A DNA stretch of 64,000 nucleotides, taken from Clostridiaceae bacterium. GTDB taxonomy: Bacteria > Bacillota > Clostridia > Oscillospirales > QAMX01. The position numbers were made by a program, and so were the translations under genes. The stretch lies in the NCBI GenBank assembly GCA_018384365.1, contig JAHAYX010000032.1, forward strand, positions 2,826 to 66,825, written 5' to 3'. Below are positions 30,348 to 42,882 of the stretch, one piece after another (within the stretch, counting starts at the first letter, position 1; each line of letters begins with the position of its first letter). A model generated the notes under the pieces. It saw nothing but the letters and a program-made list of their open reading frames with translations, ran no database searches and was not told where the DNA came from.

Positions 30348-31265
30348 TTGAACAAACCTGTTTTGGTGGTGCTCGCAGCAGGCCTTGGCACCCGTTACGG
30401 CGGAAAGGCCGGCCTCAAGCAGATCGACCCCGTAGGGCCGGGCGGCGAGATCATCGTGGATTACAGCATTTTTGACGCAGTACGCGCGGGCTTTCAAAAG
30501 GTCGTTTTTGTCATCAAACGCGAGATGGAGGAGTCCTTCCGCGCAAGCATTGGCCAGCGCGTCTCCGGACAGATTGAAACGGCCTATGCTTTCCAGGAAA
30601 TTGACGATTTGCCCGCCGGTTACGCCGTTCCGGCAGGCCGCGTGAAGCCCTGGGGCACGGCGCACGCCGTACTGGCGGCACGGCACGTGGTGACGGAGCC
30701 CTTTGCCGTGATCGGCGCGGACGATTTCTTCGGCTTTGGCACATTTCGTGCGCTGCACGATTACCTGGCAGATGTGGACCCCGACAGCGAAGATTTCGCA
30801 ATGGCAGGCTTTACCATAGAAAACACTGTCACGCGCTATGGCTACGTGGCGCGCGGTGTCTGTACGGCGGAAAACGGCTATCTGCGCGGTGTGACGGAAC
30901 GCACGCATATCACGCTTGCGGCAAACGGCCAGGCGCAGTATTCTCTGGACGGCGGCGCCACCAATGTCCCGATTCCGCGCGGCAGTATCGTTTCCATGAA
31001 CACCTGGGCGTTCACGCCGCGTATGTTCCGCGAACTGGAAGCGGGCTTCCCGACGGCGATTGACGGCATGGCCGATCCGATGAAGGACGAATATTATCTG
31101 CCTTCGGCTGTGGATGCGCTGATTCAGGAAGGACGCGCAAGCGTGAAGATTCTGGAAACAAAGGAGCGCTGGTACGGCGTGACCTGGCAGGAAGATAAGC
31201 CCTTTGTCGTGCAGGCCATTGCCGATATGGTGGCGCGCGGCGACTATCCGAAGAAACTCTGGTAA
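30348..31265 (+). CDS. Sugar-phosphate nucleotidyltransferase family protein
   Basis: VLAAGLGTRYGG pyrophosphorylase signature. TTG 30348 has GGAGG 8 nt upstream. The upstream part of the track ORF looks non-coding. Confidence 0.75.
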   Translation: MNKPVLVVLAAGLGTRYGGKAGLKQIDPVGPGGEIIVDYSIFDAVRAGFQKVVFVIKREMEESFRASIGQRVSGQIETAYAFQEIDDLPAGYAVPAGRVKPWGTAHAVLAARHVVTEPFAVIGADDFFGFGTFRALHDYLADVDPDSEDFAMAGFTIENTVTRYGYVARGVCTAENGYLRGVTERTHITLAANGQAQYSLDGGATNVPIPRGSIVSMNTWAFTPRMFRELEAGFPTAIDGMADPMKDEYYLPSAVDALIQEGRASVKILETKERWYGVTWQEDKPFVVQAIADMVARGDYPKKLW

Positions 31266-31325
31266 TCCGTCCGAAAACGAAAACATCAGTAAAGAACCAA
31301 ATTTACGATACAGGAGAAATGAACA

Positions 31326-34317
<2,992 letters not shown>

Positions 34318-34339
34318 AAGCGCCGGAATGGGAGTGACT

Positions 34340-35386
34340 ATGCCGAAATACGCACTGCTGGCAAATCCCGGACACAACCGCGTTTATTTTGAGGAATCGA
34401 AAAAGCTTGCTGCGGCGGAACTGGCGCTGGCACTGCCGTGCCTGTCCGTATCCTGCGGCGAAATTGCGCCGGCCCGGTACGGCGGCGTATACTATCTGAC
34501 CTTTACAGCGGAGGCGGCGCTTGCCGCCTCCGATCTTGCTGTTTTGTCCCGCCTTTCTTTCGTGTACGCGATATTTGAAGCCGCGGAGCAGGACGAAAAA
34601 ACCGTACTGTTCCCGTGCCAAATGGCGGATTATGCGTACATCCCTGCGGATATCGGCACGATTTTGAAGTATACGGGAAAAACGAACGAACTCTTTACGC
34701 GCATGATGATCAATGCGGCGCTGTTTGCCTCCGGCGACTGTGAACCTGTCGGGAAACGCCTGCTGGACCCGGTTGCCGGAAAGGGTACCACGCTCTTCGA
34801 GGGCTTGGTTTACGGCATGGATGTGTACGGCGTGGAAGTGGGCGACCGCGCAGCTGCCGAGGCCTGCCGGTATCTGCAAAAATATTTGCAGACGGGGAAA
34901 TACAAATTCAGCATGAAAACCGAGCGCGTCAGCGGCGCCGGGAAATCCTTTACTGCGGAGCGCCGTCATTTCGAATTGGCGCGCAGCAGAGAAGAGGCAA
35001 AGCGCGGCGCGTACCGCGTGTTTGAAATGACGGCGGGGAACTCATGTTATGTAAACCAACTGTATAAAAAAAGCACCTTTGACGTCCTGGTGGGCGACCT
35101 GCCCTATGGTGTACAGCACGGCAACGTGACGAACGAGGGCCAGACGAAGCTGACCCGTTCTCCTGCGGAGCTTTTACGTGCGTGTCTGCCGGCCTGGCGC
35201 GATGTTTTGAAGAAAAACGGCGTGTTGGCGCTTGCCTGGAACGTGAATGTCCTGCCGCGCGCCGCTGCGGAACAGCTTTTGGAGGAAGCGGGCTTCGCGG
35301 TACTGCGCGGCGGTGCGTATGACCGCCTGCAGCATCGCGTCGATCAGGCAATCCTGCGCGACGTGCTGCTGGCCAAAAAACAGTAA
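34340..35386 (+). CDS. SAM-dependent methyltransferase (N6-adenine/N2-guanine class motif IV)
   Basis: LLDPVAGKGTTLFEG (motif I-like) and VGDLPYG (motif IV). GGGAG lies upstream of ATG 34340. The substrate is unknown. Confidence 0.65.
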   Translation: MPKYALLANPGHNRVYFEESKKLAAAELALALPCLSVSCGEIAPARYGGVYYLTFTAEAALAASDLAVLSRLSFVYAIFEAAEQDEKTVLFPCQMADYAYIPADIGTILKYTGKTNELFTRMMINAALFASGDCEPVGKRLLDPVAGKGTTLFEGLVYGMDVYGVEVGDRAAAEACRYLQKYLQTGKYKFSMKTERVSGAGKSFTAERRHFELARSREEAKRGAYRVFEMTAGNSCYVNQLYKKSTFDVLVGDLPYGVQHGNVTNEGQTKLTRSPAELLRACLPAWRDVLKKNGVLALAWNVNVLPRAAAEQLLEEAGFAVLRGGAYDRLQHRVDQAILRDVLLAKKQ

Positions 35387-36151
35387 ATGCCGGTGAAAAT
35401 GATGATGCACTCCTTTTTGATGATCGGACAATCCAATATGGCCGGGCGCGGCGTGATCGGCAGTGTGCCTGCCATAGAAAATCCGTACCTTTTTGTCTCA
35501 CGCAATGCCAGATGGCAGCCAATGTTTGTACCGGTGAATCCGGACCGGCCTTTTTCCGGCGTCAATCTGGCCGAGAGCTTTGCGGATGCGTACAGCCGCG
35601 ATCATGACGCGGACGTGGGCCTGATTCCGTGTGCCGATGGCGGCACCAGCCTTGCGCAGTGGGCGCCGGGCGGACTTTTATATGACCACGCGCTGATGCA
35701 GGCACGCCTTGCCATGCGGACCTCCGTGCTGCGCGGCATTTTGTGGCACCAGGGTGAAAGCGATTGCTCGCGCGAGGCCAGCGCCGTTTATGCGGAAAAA
35801 CTGACAGAAATGCTGACTGCCCTGCGGCATGATCTGGGTCTGCCGGAGATTCCGATTATTCTGGGCGCGCTGGGCGACTATCTGGCGGATTACGACGAGG
35901 GAACGCGTACCTATTATCCGGTGATCAACGCAGCATTGCGGCACGTTGCGGAAACCGTGCCCTTCGCGGCCTTTGCTCCGGCGGATGGTCTTGGCGCGAA
36001 GCCGGATCATCTGCACTTCGATGCGCCTGCCCTGCGCGAATTTGGACTGCGTTACTATGCGGCTTACCGCACGGTGGAACCTCCGGCTGACGAGAGTACA
36101 CTGCGGTTTGCCGAGGACGGCCGTACACATACGCAGATGGAGCAGCTTTGA
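35387..36151 (+). CDS. Sialate O-acetylesterase-like (SASA/DUF303) esterase
   Basis: GQSNMAGRG catalytic-Ser motif and a downstream WHQGESD motif. The start among several in-frame Met codons (35387-35405) is uncertain. Confidence 0.8.
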   Translation: MPVKMMMHSFLMIGQSNMAGRGVIGSVPAIENPYLFVSRNARWQPMFVPVNPDRPFSGVNLAESFADAYSRDHDADVGLIPCADGGTSLAQWAPGGLLYDHALMQARLAMRTSVLRGILWHQGESDCSREASAVYAEKLTEMLTALRHDLGLPEIPIILGALGDYLADYDEGTRTYYPVINAALRHVAETVPFAAFAPADGLGAKPDHLHFDAPALREFGLRYYAAYRTVEPPADESTLRFAEDGRTHTQMEQL

Positions 36152-36195
36152 TGGGGAAATTTTATACTCCCGACCGGTTATCACAAACATAAAAG

Positions 36196-36238
36196 AAAAG
36201 AACCACCGTGCAAATTGACGCATACGGTGGTTCTTTTG
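36196..36238. terminator. Bidirectional terminator between convergent genes
   Basis: Stem GAACCACCGT/ACGGTGGTTC flanked by an A-run and a T-run. Confidence 0.75.
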
Positions 36239-36265
36239 TTTGCAAATGAACGGATCAAACACTTC

Positions 36266-36649
36266 CTATAAGATATTGCCGATGCGAAACAGTTCCAGCT
36301 CCGCCAGATGCTGAAACTGGACGCACAAAAGCCGCCCGTTTGCATGAACGGCGTCTTTGTCCCCGGTTTCGATGGCACTGATAAAGTCGGAAATCGTGAC
36401 TGTGATATCATCCAGTTCGGCGTGCATCAGAACGCTCTCCAGATAACCGCGGTGTCCGTTCCAGAAGTGATCCAACGCCCGCGCCGTCTGCACGGCGTCG
36501 GTCTGGCTGTCTGCCTCTTCCGCGGCGAGCGATTCTTCCACATAGGCCGTCGCCTGACCGGTAATGGCGACCATGTGGCGGGAATTGACGGTTGCTGTGC
36601 CAATGATAACGAGCAAAACGGACAGCGCGCCGGTGATATACCGCATCAT
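36266..36649 (-). CDS. DUF4363-family small membrane-anchored protein
   Basis: 127 aa with an N-terminal TM segment. Its start overlaps the stop of the DUF421 gene, the usual pairing (recall). Confidence 0.7.
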   Translation of the reverse strand: MMRYITGALSVLLVIIGTATVNSRHMVAITGQATAYVEESLAAEEADSQTDAVQTARALDHFWNGHRGYLESVLMHAELDDITVTISDFISAIETGDKDAVHANGRLLCVQFQHLAELELFRIGNIL

Positions 36650-37353
36650 CCTTCCTTCACCCCCGAACGCTTGTCAAAATGCTCCTGCGGAACGAGCAGG
36701 ACGCCGCCGCGATTGTCGATCACCATCAGATAAACGTCCTTCGGACTTTGCAGGTTGTTTTTGCGCAGTTGTGCGTCCAGCCAGTGCCGGTCGCGGCCAC
36801 AGGACTTCAGATTGACGGAGAGCAGCCGGCCCTGTGCGATCAGCGTGGTATAGAGCTCCGGTTCGGTGGAGGTATCTACCTGCATCTGAGAGGCTGTGAC
36901 AGGGCGTTCGCCCGCCATCAGCTGCACGCTGAGCGTGCCGTTGGTCTCCAGATAGGCGCAGCCCACCTGCCGCGGGTCAAAAACGTCTTTCAGACGCAGC
37001 TCTTCCAGCAGTTCCGTCACATTGATGCGCTGTTTTTTCAGCTCGCGCTGGTTAATAACCCCGTTTTTGATCAGTACGCTGGTTCGGCCGCAGAAAAAGG
37101 AGCGAATCCGCACGGAACGTGCGGAAAATGCCGAAATCAGAAGCTCCACGCTGAAAAGGGTGAGAATCGGGACCACGCCCTGTATGAGGGGGATGCCGAG
37201 ATCCTGCATGGGAACCGCCGCAAGGTCGGAAATCAGTATGGATGTGACCAGCTCCGAGGGCTGCAATTCGCCGAGCTGACGTTTTCCCATGACGCGCAGG
37301 CTGAAAATGATTAAAAAATAGAGTATCAATGTACGTGCGAAGCTTGTGACCAT
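36646..37353 (-). CDS. DUF421 (YetF-like) membrane protein
   Basis: RVMGKRQLGELQPSELV motif. AAGGAG lies upstream of ATG 37353. Confidence 0.85.
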   Translation of the reverse strand: MVTSFARTLILYFLIIFSLRVMGKRQLGELQPSELVTSILISDLAAVPMQDLGIPLIQGVVPILTLFSVELLISAFSARSVRIRSFFCGRTSVLIKNGVINQRELKKQRINVTELLEELRLKDVFDPRQVGCAYLETNGTLSVQLMAGERPVTASQMQVDTSTEPELYTTLIAQGRLLSVNLKSCGRDRHWLDAQLRKNNLQSPKDVYLMVIDNRGGVLLVPQEHFDKRSGVKEG

Positions 37354-37408
37354 ACAGGGCTCCTTTCGCGATTGATACTCTATTATGAACCGTTTTCCGG
37401 AAAATGAT

Positions 37409-38536
37409 TCAGCGTGTCCGTTCGATGGTGCGGACAAGGCGGACTGCCGCCTTGCGCAGCAGGGTTTCGGACTGGGCAATTGCCTCCTCGTTTGTCATAG
37501 CGGATACGATGGTACTGACAACGCTGGTTACGCCGCTTTGATAAACGGCGTCGTAATCGCGGCCGAGCGTGCCGGAAATGATGAAACCGGGTTTTCCGTA
37601 TTTCGCGCCGCGGCGGCAGACGCCGACCGGTGCTTTGCCGTAGGCCGTCTGATAATCTGTCGCACCTTCGCCGGAGATGAGAATATCCGCTTCGCGTGCC
37701 TGCTCGTCAAAACCGATGGTATCGAGCACCAGATCAATGCCCTGTTCCAGTTTTCCGCCGCAGAAGGCCATGAACCCCATGGAAAGGCCGCCCGCCGCAC
37801 CGGCGCCGGGAACATTCGCATAGTCGTGGCCGATTGTATCAGCCAGAACGCGGGCATAATGCGCAAGATTGCGGTCCAGCAGGGCCACATCCTCCGGCGT
37901 TGCGCCCTTCTGCGGTCCGAAAATAGCCGCGGAGCCGTGTTCACCGCAGAGCGGGTTTTCCACGTCGCATGCAATGCGGAAGGTGCAGTCCCGGATACGC
38001 GCGTCCAGTCCGGAGAGGTCGATGGAAGCAAGTTCGCCCAGCGCGCCGCCGCCGTTTCCGATGTCATGGCCGGCGGCGTCCAGGAAACGTACGCCAAGCG
38101 CACGCGCCATGCCGTGGCCGCCGTCCGTGGTGGCGCTGCCGCCCAGACCGATGATGAAGTCCCGGCAGCCGCGATCGAGCGCAGCGCGGATGAGCTCACC
38201 GGTACCGTAGGTCGTGGCGGCTTTCGCATTGCGCAGCGGCTTTTCAATCAGCGGCAGACCGGAGGCCGCCGCCATTTCAATGACGGCAATGCGTCCGGCA
38301 ACGCCGAAACGTGCCGTCACAGGACGGCCGAGTGCGTCGGTCGCGGGCGCGTCCACATATTCGCCGCCCAGGCCGGTTACGATCGCCTCGACGGTACCCT
38401 CGCCGCCATCGGCGATCGGGACAATCTGCACCTGCGCGTCCGGTGCCGCTTCCAGGATACCGCTGCGAACGACAGACCCGGCTTCATAAGAAGAAAAGTT
38501 CCCTTTAAAGGAATCCATTGCAACTAAATATTTCAT
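37409..38536 (-). CDS. Glycerate kinase
   Basis: MKYLVAMDSFKG... and IADGGEGT motifs. 375 aa. Confidence 0.9.
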   Translation of the reverse strand: MKYLVAMDSFKGNFSSYEAGSVVRSGILEAAPDAQVQIVPIADGGEGTVEAIVTGLGGEYVDAPATDALGRPVTARFGVAGRIAVIEMAAASGLPLIEKPLRNAKAATTYGTGELIRAALDRGCRDFIIGLGGSATTDGGHGMARALGVRFLDAAGHDIGNGGGALGELASIDLSGLDARIRDCTFRIACDVENPLCGEHGSAAIFGPQKGATPEDVALLDRNLAHYARVLADTIGHDYANVPGAGAAGGLSMGFMAFCGGKLEQGIDLVLDTIGFDEQAREADILISGEGATDYQTAYGKAPVGVCRRGAKYGKPGFIISGTLGRDYDAVYQSGVTSVVSTIVSAMTNEEAIAQSETLLRKAAVRLVRTIERTR

Positions 38537-38573
38537 AATTCACCTTTTCGTAGAGTTATGTGCGGGAATCCGG

Positions 38574-40718
38574 TCAATGCGTGTCCAGATCAAGCGCCCA
38601 GGGATGGCTTTCAAAGCCGCCCTCGGCCAGCACGGAGTGCTCCGCCGCCAGTTCGCGCAGCGTTTTCATACGGCGCGCAAGTTCGATGTCGCGGCGTACG
38701 TCGTCGGTATAGTAGGAATAGCCAAACGTCTGGTTGACGCGGCCCATCTGGTAGGGCATATAATGCGCCGCCCAGATTTCCGCCAGTTCGCGCCACGGTC
38801 CGACGGCCTCCTCGAGTTCGTCGACAGCAATTTCCTTTTCTTTTTCGTTTCCGCTCAACTGATAGACAGCCAGATGCAGTGCCGCGCTGATTTTCAGCTC
38901 GTAATACTGCGCAAGGCGCGCCCAGGCACGGATGTCCTCCAGCACACAGGCCAGATCGCCGCCGCGGTATTCCGGCTCGATAGCGGCGTCAAGGTCCGAT
39001 GCGCAAAGCGCCAGCTCCCGCGCAAAACTGCCGATATCGGCAATCACTCGGCGCGCGTCCTCGGCGTCCGTCTCTTTCCCCTCACAGATCAGCTTTGCTG
39101 TGTCCTGCACGCTGATTGTGCCGGAACCGGGCATGGAGGGCGTATCAATGAAGTGCTGGACCGTATGGAAGCCGAATGTTGTCAGCAGGCTTTCGGGATG
39201 CCACTGGAAATCGTAATCAACCCAGTGCAGCCGCGAAGCAGAACAAATGGTGCGAACGCCAAGCTCCAGTCCGCGCAGGACGAGTTCGCCGCAGGCATCG
39301 CCATAGCGATGGCGGCAGACGCGCACCCAGTGCTCGCGCGGCAGATCCGGCTGATAACCGAGACGGCCCAGCGTCTCGAATTGCAGGAAATGACGCTCGA
39401 AATCATATTTCCAGTCCATATGCGTATGCGGCACATGCTGGAAATCGCGTCCCCAGACATAGCCGTCTGCGCCCCAATAGAAGCCTGCGACATAGGATTT
39501 CTTCATGCCGCGGATGTATTCCGACACAAAAGCCGGGTCGGCGCCGCGCAGGGTCTGGAAGTCGTCATTGCGGACGGTGTAGATCACGCGGGTTTTTGTC
39601 ACGTCCATATTGTTCCATGCACCCCAGAGCTCCTCGAATTTCGGGTGCGGGTGGGAATACATATGCGCGTTGGAATATTTCCAGGAGATCATTTTCTCGC
39701 TGCCCGGATACTTTTCAATGAATTGTTTCTGCGCGACAAGGCCGTTTGACATATTCGTACGGTGGATGAAGGGCAGCGGAACGTTCAGCTCCTGAATGGC
39801 GGCGAGATAGGTGTCGGTGACCCACTCTTCCGTCTCTTCGGCGGAGCCGATCAGCTCCTCACTGTTGGAGGTGCCGAGTCCGGTCAGGTTTGGATAGGTG
39901 CGCACCAGAGTTTTAATCGCTTCGCGGAAGTAATCGCGGATGAGCGGTTCCTGCTGGCGCAGGCCCTGACGGAAGCGGTTGGATGCGGGAATGGCCGTCT
40001 GTTCCGGCAGACCCAGTCCGCGCGCGATTGTGGGCGTGATGCGCAGGTTCCATGTGATGAGATAGGTGGCAATGCCGCGATTTTTCGCATGCGTGAAGAT
40101 GAAATCAAATACGGTGCGGAAACGTTCCAGCTCCACATCGGAGTAGGGCGTGGTATCCGGGTATTTGGGAATGCGGAACATCATCTCAAAGGGGTTCATT
40201 GACCAGATGGAGAGTAAATTATAGCGGTTTTCCGCCAGAAAATCGATATATGCGCGCCAAAACTCGATGTCCAGCACGGTTTTTTCGTTTTCACGGAAGG
40301 GATCTCCTTCGCCGAATGGCTCAAACGGCCAATTGAACTTGATGCCGCGTTTTTCTAAGAAAGGCGTGCCGTCCCGGTCGGTAATGGCGTCATACCCCTC
40401 CAGCGTGATGATTTCCGCCAGCTCCAAAAGACCATACATCGCGCCGACACGGTCGGAGGCGTTCAGATAAATCACCTGATTCCGTACGCGAATCTGATAG
40501 GATTCCGCAGGCAGCGTGGACGCGGCGCGGAAGCCGGCAAAGGTCAATACGAGCGCGCGAACGCTCTCATCGCCCACGAATTCGTCCCGGCGCAGCACGG
40601 TGCTGCGGATCCCGGCGCGGTCGAGTGCGTCGCGGAAACGGCGCATACCAAAGCAGATGGGATCGTCCGGCGCGGGGCCTTTTTCAAAGTGACGCAGTCT
40701 GTCCCAATAAATCAGCAT
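38574..40718 (-). CDS. Uncharacterised glycosidase-like protein (GH20b/GH67N-like N-terminal domain plus putative TIM barrel)
   Basis: 714 aa. The N-terminal segment ESYQIRVRNQVIYLNASDRVGAMYGLLELAEI resembles the zincin-like domain preceding GH20/GH67/GH115 barrels (recall). AAGGAG lies 9 nt upstream of ATG 40718. Confidence 0.55.
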   Translation of the reverse strand: MLIYWDRLRHFEKGPAPDDPICFGMRRFRDALDRAGIRSTVLRRDEFVGDESVRALVLTFAGFRAASTLPAESYQIRVRNQVIYLNASDRVGAMYGLLELAEIITLEGYDAITDRDGTPFLEKRGIKFNWPFEPFGEGDPFRENEKTVLDIEFWRAYIDFLAENRYNLLSIWSMNPFEMMFRIPKYPDTTPYSDVELERFRTVFDFIFTHAKNRGIATYLITWNLRITPTIARGLGLPEQTAIPASNRFRQGLRQQEPLIRDYFREAIKTLVRTYPNLTGLGTSNSEELIGSAEETEEWVTDTYLAAIQELNVPLPFIHRTNMSNGLVAQKQFIEKYPGSEKMISWKYSNAHMYSHPHPKFEELWGAWNNMDVTKTRVIYTVRNDDFQTLRGADPAFVSEYIRGMKKSYVAGFYWGADGYVWGRDFQHVPHTHMDWKYDFERHFLQFETLGRLGYQPDLPREHWVRVCRHRYGDACGELVLRGLELGVRTICSASRLHWVDYDFQWHPESLLTTFGFHTVQHFIDTPSMPGSGTISVQDTAKLICEGKETDAEDARRVIADIGSFARELALCASDLDAAIEPEYRGGDLACVLEDIRAWARLAQYYELKISAALHLAVYQLSGNEKEKEIAVDELEEAVGPWRELAEIWAAHYMPYQMGRVNQTFGYSYYTDDVRRDIELARRMKTLRELAAEHSVLAEGGFESHPWALDLDTH

Positions 40719-40731
40719 GGCGGCACACTCC

Positions 40732-42735
40732 TTAATAGTCAATTACGGCGGCGTCAAAGAGGCCGAGCTTCGGCACGGTGAGCGTGACGCGGCCGTCTGA
40801 GAACGTATACTCCAGGTCTTTCCCTGTTGTCATGCTGTATACGCGTCTCGGCGCTTTCGGTACTGCCATGCTGCACGTGACATCACAGGGAATCGGTTCA
40901 AAGAAGCTGTTTCCAAAGTGACCGCTGGCGTTTACAAAGCTTAAAAGCTCCGTTTTGATGTCCGGCGTGATCATTACGGCGATCTCGATCATCGGGCTGA
41001 AATCGCCGCGCACGCGCCGCTCGGAGGCATAGCGCTCCAAAATGCCGTCCATGAATTTGAAGGAATTGGAATATCCCTGTCGGTAGTAAAACTCGCCGGC
41101 ATACCAGGGTACATAAACGGAAGTGCCGAAGGAGGTATAGCCCGGCAGATCCGTGACCTGCGTGTAGTAGCAGCGCTCCGGCGGGCCAAAATGAGAGGGC
41201 GGGATGAAGGAAAGGTGACTTTCCACGCCGTCGGCATAGGCATTGTAGAGATAAGTACCGTCCAAGGCAACGAGCTGTTCCTCCGCGGCAAAGCCCGGGA
41301 GGGGATCACTTGCCGAAATTTTGAAATAGGAGCCGCGTGCGTCATCGCGCACATTCAGGCAGCGCCGCACACCGAGACAGGAGAGCGCGGGTGTTTCACG
41401 GCGCTCGTAATGCTCGTCGTAGAACCCCGTTTCGCCGGTTGCAATCACGGTACCGCCGTTTGCAGCAAAGGCGTCGATCAGCGCAGCGCGGGAATCGGAC
41501 ATGTAGCGGTCATCCGGCAGGATGAGGGTGCTGTAACGCGCAAGGCCGACGGCCTCCATGCGGGAGGCGTAGATCGCGTCGAAGGGGAAGTGCCCCTCGG
41601 TCAGCGCACGGTACCAGCCGCGGTATTCTGCCGTGGTATGTGCGTCGTGCGACTCCGGCCGCACAATGGCCACACGGGAACAGGGAACCACGCCGTCGAG
41701 CAATTTTTCGTTGCGGCGATGGAAGTCAAACAGCTCCCGCACGCGGGCCTGTGCACTTTTGTCCTCGGCGTTGTCAAGACGGCCGATCAGATAGTAATCC
41801 GGACTGCCGCCGTTTGCAAAGCCCTGCACCAGACGCAGCGCGTGCTGTGCCGGGGAAACGGAAACCAGCCGGATCGGGAAATCGATGAAATCCACGTCAC
41901 AGTTGGACTGGCGATAGCCGGGATAGGAGACGCGCACGAGCTTGGACTGCTCAGACCCGATATACTGCCAGTGCGGCAGGCCGCGGTCAAGCGCAGTGGA
42001 GTCCTCTTCGCGCATATAGGCGCTGTCTGTCGTATACGTATCGCGGTGAATGAGAATGTCCGGCCGGATGGAGCGGATGAACTCGCAGACACGGCGGCCG
42101 TGCTCAGCCTCTGTTTCCTTTTTAAATTCCAGATACCGGCGGTACGCGGGGTCTGCCATGTCCTCACGCTTCGGCAGCTCCAAGCCGTAGCGTTCACGGA
42201 ACATACGGCGGCAGTTTTCACAGTGGCAGATGCCATGATAGACGCCGGAGTAGTCGCGGGTCTGATAACCGGCCATATTGAAATAAATGCCGTCCACCGG
42301 AAGCTCCGTCAGCGTCTCGCGCAGGATTTCCAGCATATATTCGCGCTGGAATCCGCCGTTGATGCAGGCGTGCACGTCCCCGTTATAGTCCACAATATCG
42401 CCCTCCGGCGTGCGGTAGGCCCATTCCGGATGCTGTTCGTAGACCTCACGGCGAATCTTGGAAAAGTCCGTGCGCGCGATGACGCGGATGCCCTCGCGAT
42501 GGCAGACGTCGATCATTTTTTTCACGCTGTCAGCCTGCAAATACGGACTTTGCGGGTGATATTTGAGCTTGGTAGGATAGCTCGCCAGGATACCGGATGT
42601 GTTGATCATAGCAATTGTCGCGTCGAATTTTTTCAGTTCGGCGACATAGGCTTCCGCATCCATGTCCTGCATATCGATCTGACGCAAATTTGTCTGTATG
42701 TAGCGCCAGGGTATCTCTTTCCACCAATATTCCAT
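40732..42735 (-). CDS. Uncharacterised glycosidase-like protein (GHL6 / GH42-middle-domain-like)
   Basis: 667 aa. The N-terminal TIM-like region (GIRVIARTDFS..., GIYFNMAGY) and mid-region resemble hypothetical-glycosyl-hydrolase-6 proteins (recall). GGAGGG RBS. Confidence 0.55.
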   Translation of the reverse strand: MEYWWKEIPWRYIQTNLRQIDMQDMDAEAYVAELKKFDATIAMINTSGILASYPTKLKYHPQSPYLQADSVKKMIDVCHREGIRVIARTDFSKIRREVYEQHPEWAYRTPEGDIVDYNGDVHACINGGFQREYMLEILRETLTELPVDGIYFNMAGYQTRDYSGVYHGICHCENCRRMFRERYGLELPKREDMADPAYRRYLEFKKETEAEHGRRVCEFIRSIRPDILIHRDTYTTDSAYMREEDSTALDRGLPHWQYIGSEQSKLVRVSYPGYRQSNCDVDFIDFPIRLVSVSPAQHALRLVQGFANGGSPDYYLIGRLDNAEDKSAQARVRELFDFHRRNEKLLDGVVPCSRVAIVRPESHDAHTTAEYRGWYRALTEGHFPFDAIYASRMEAVGLARYSTLILPDDRYMSDSRAALIDAFAANGGTVIATGETGFYDEHYERRETPALSCLGVRRCLNVRDDARGSYFKISASDPLPGFAAEEQLVALDGTYLYNAYADGVESHLSFIPPSHFGPPERCYYTQVTDLPGYTSFGTSVYVPWYAGEFYYRQGYSNSFKFMDGILERYASERRVRGDFSPMIEIAVMITPDIKTELLSFVNASGHFGNSFFEPIPCDVTCSMAVPKAPRRVYSMTTGKDLEYTFSDGRVTLTVPKLGLFDAAVIDY

Positions 42736-42768
42736 AATTCCCTCCTCATGTATATACAGGTATACCTT

Positions 42769-42797
42769 ATTTTACAGGCAAGCGCGGGGAAAGTCAA
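42769..42797 (-). promoter_or_regulatory. Sigma-A-type promoter of the GHL6-like operon
   Basis: Minus strand: TTGACT (42797-42792), 17-nt spacer, TAAAAT (42774-42769). Confidence 0.55.
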
Positions 42798-42814
42798 CTG
42801 TGCGCAGCCGGCCG

Positions 42815-42856
42815 GAAAAAAAGAACCGGCGTCCGAACTCATTCGGACGCCGGTTG
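42815..42856 (-). terminator. Rho-independent terminator after GH31
   Basis: 14-bp stem AACCGGCGTCCGAA/TTCGGACGCCGGTT, then TCTTTTTTT on the minus strand. Confidence 0.8.
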
Positions 42857-42882
42857 GTTATCGGGATGACAAAGAGGACGCT

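Noticed and set aside
31266-31325. T-box leader upstream of alaS
   Set aside because: Only 60 nt separate alaS from the preceding gene, which is too short for a T-box. No T-box sequence is present.
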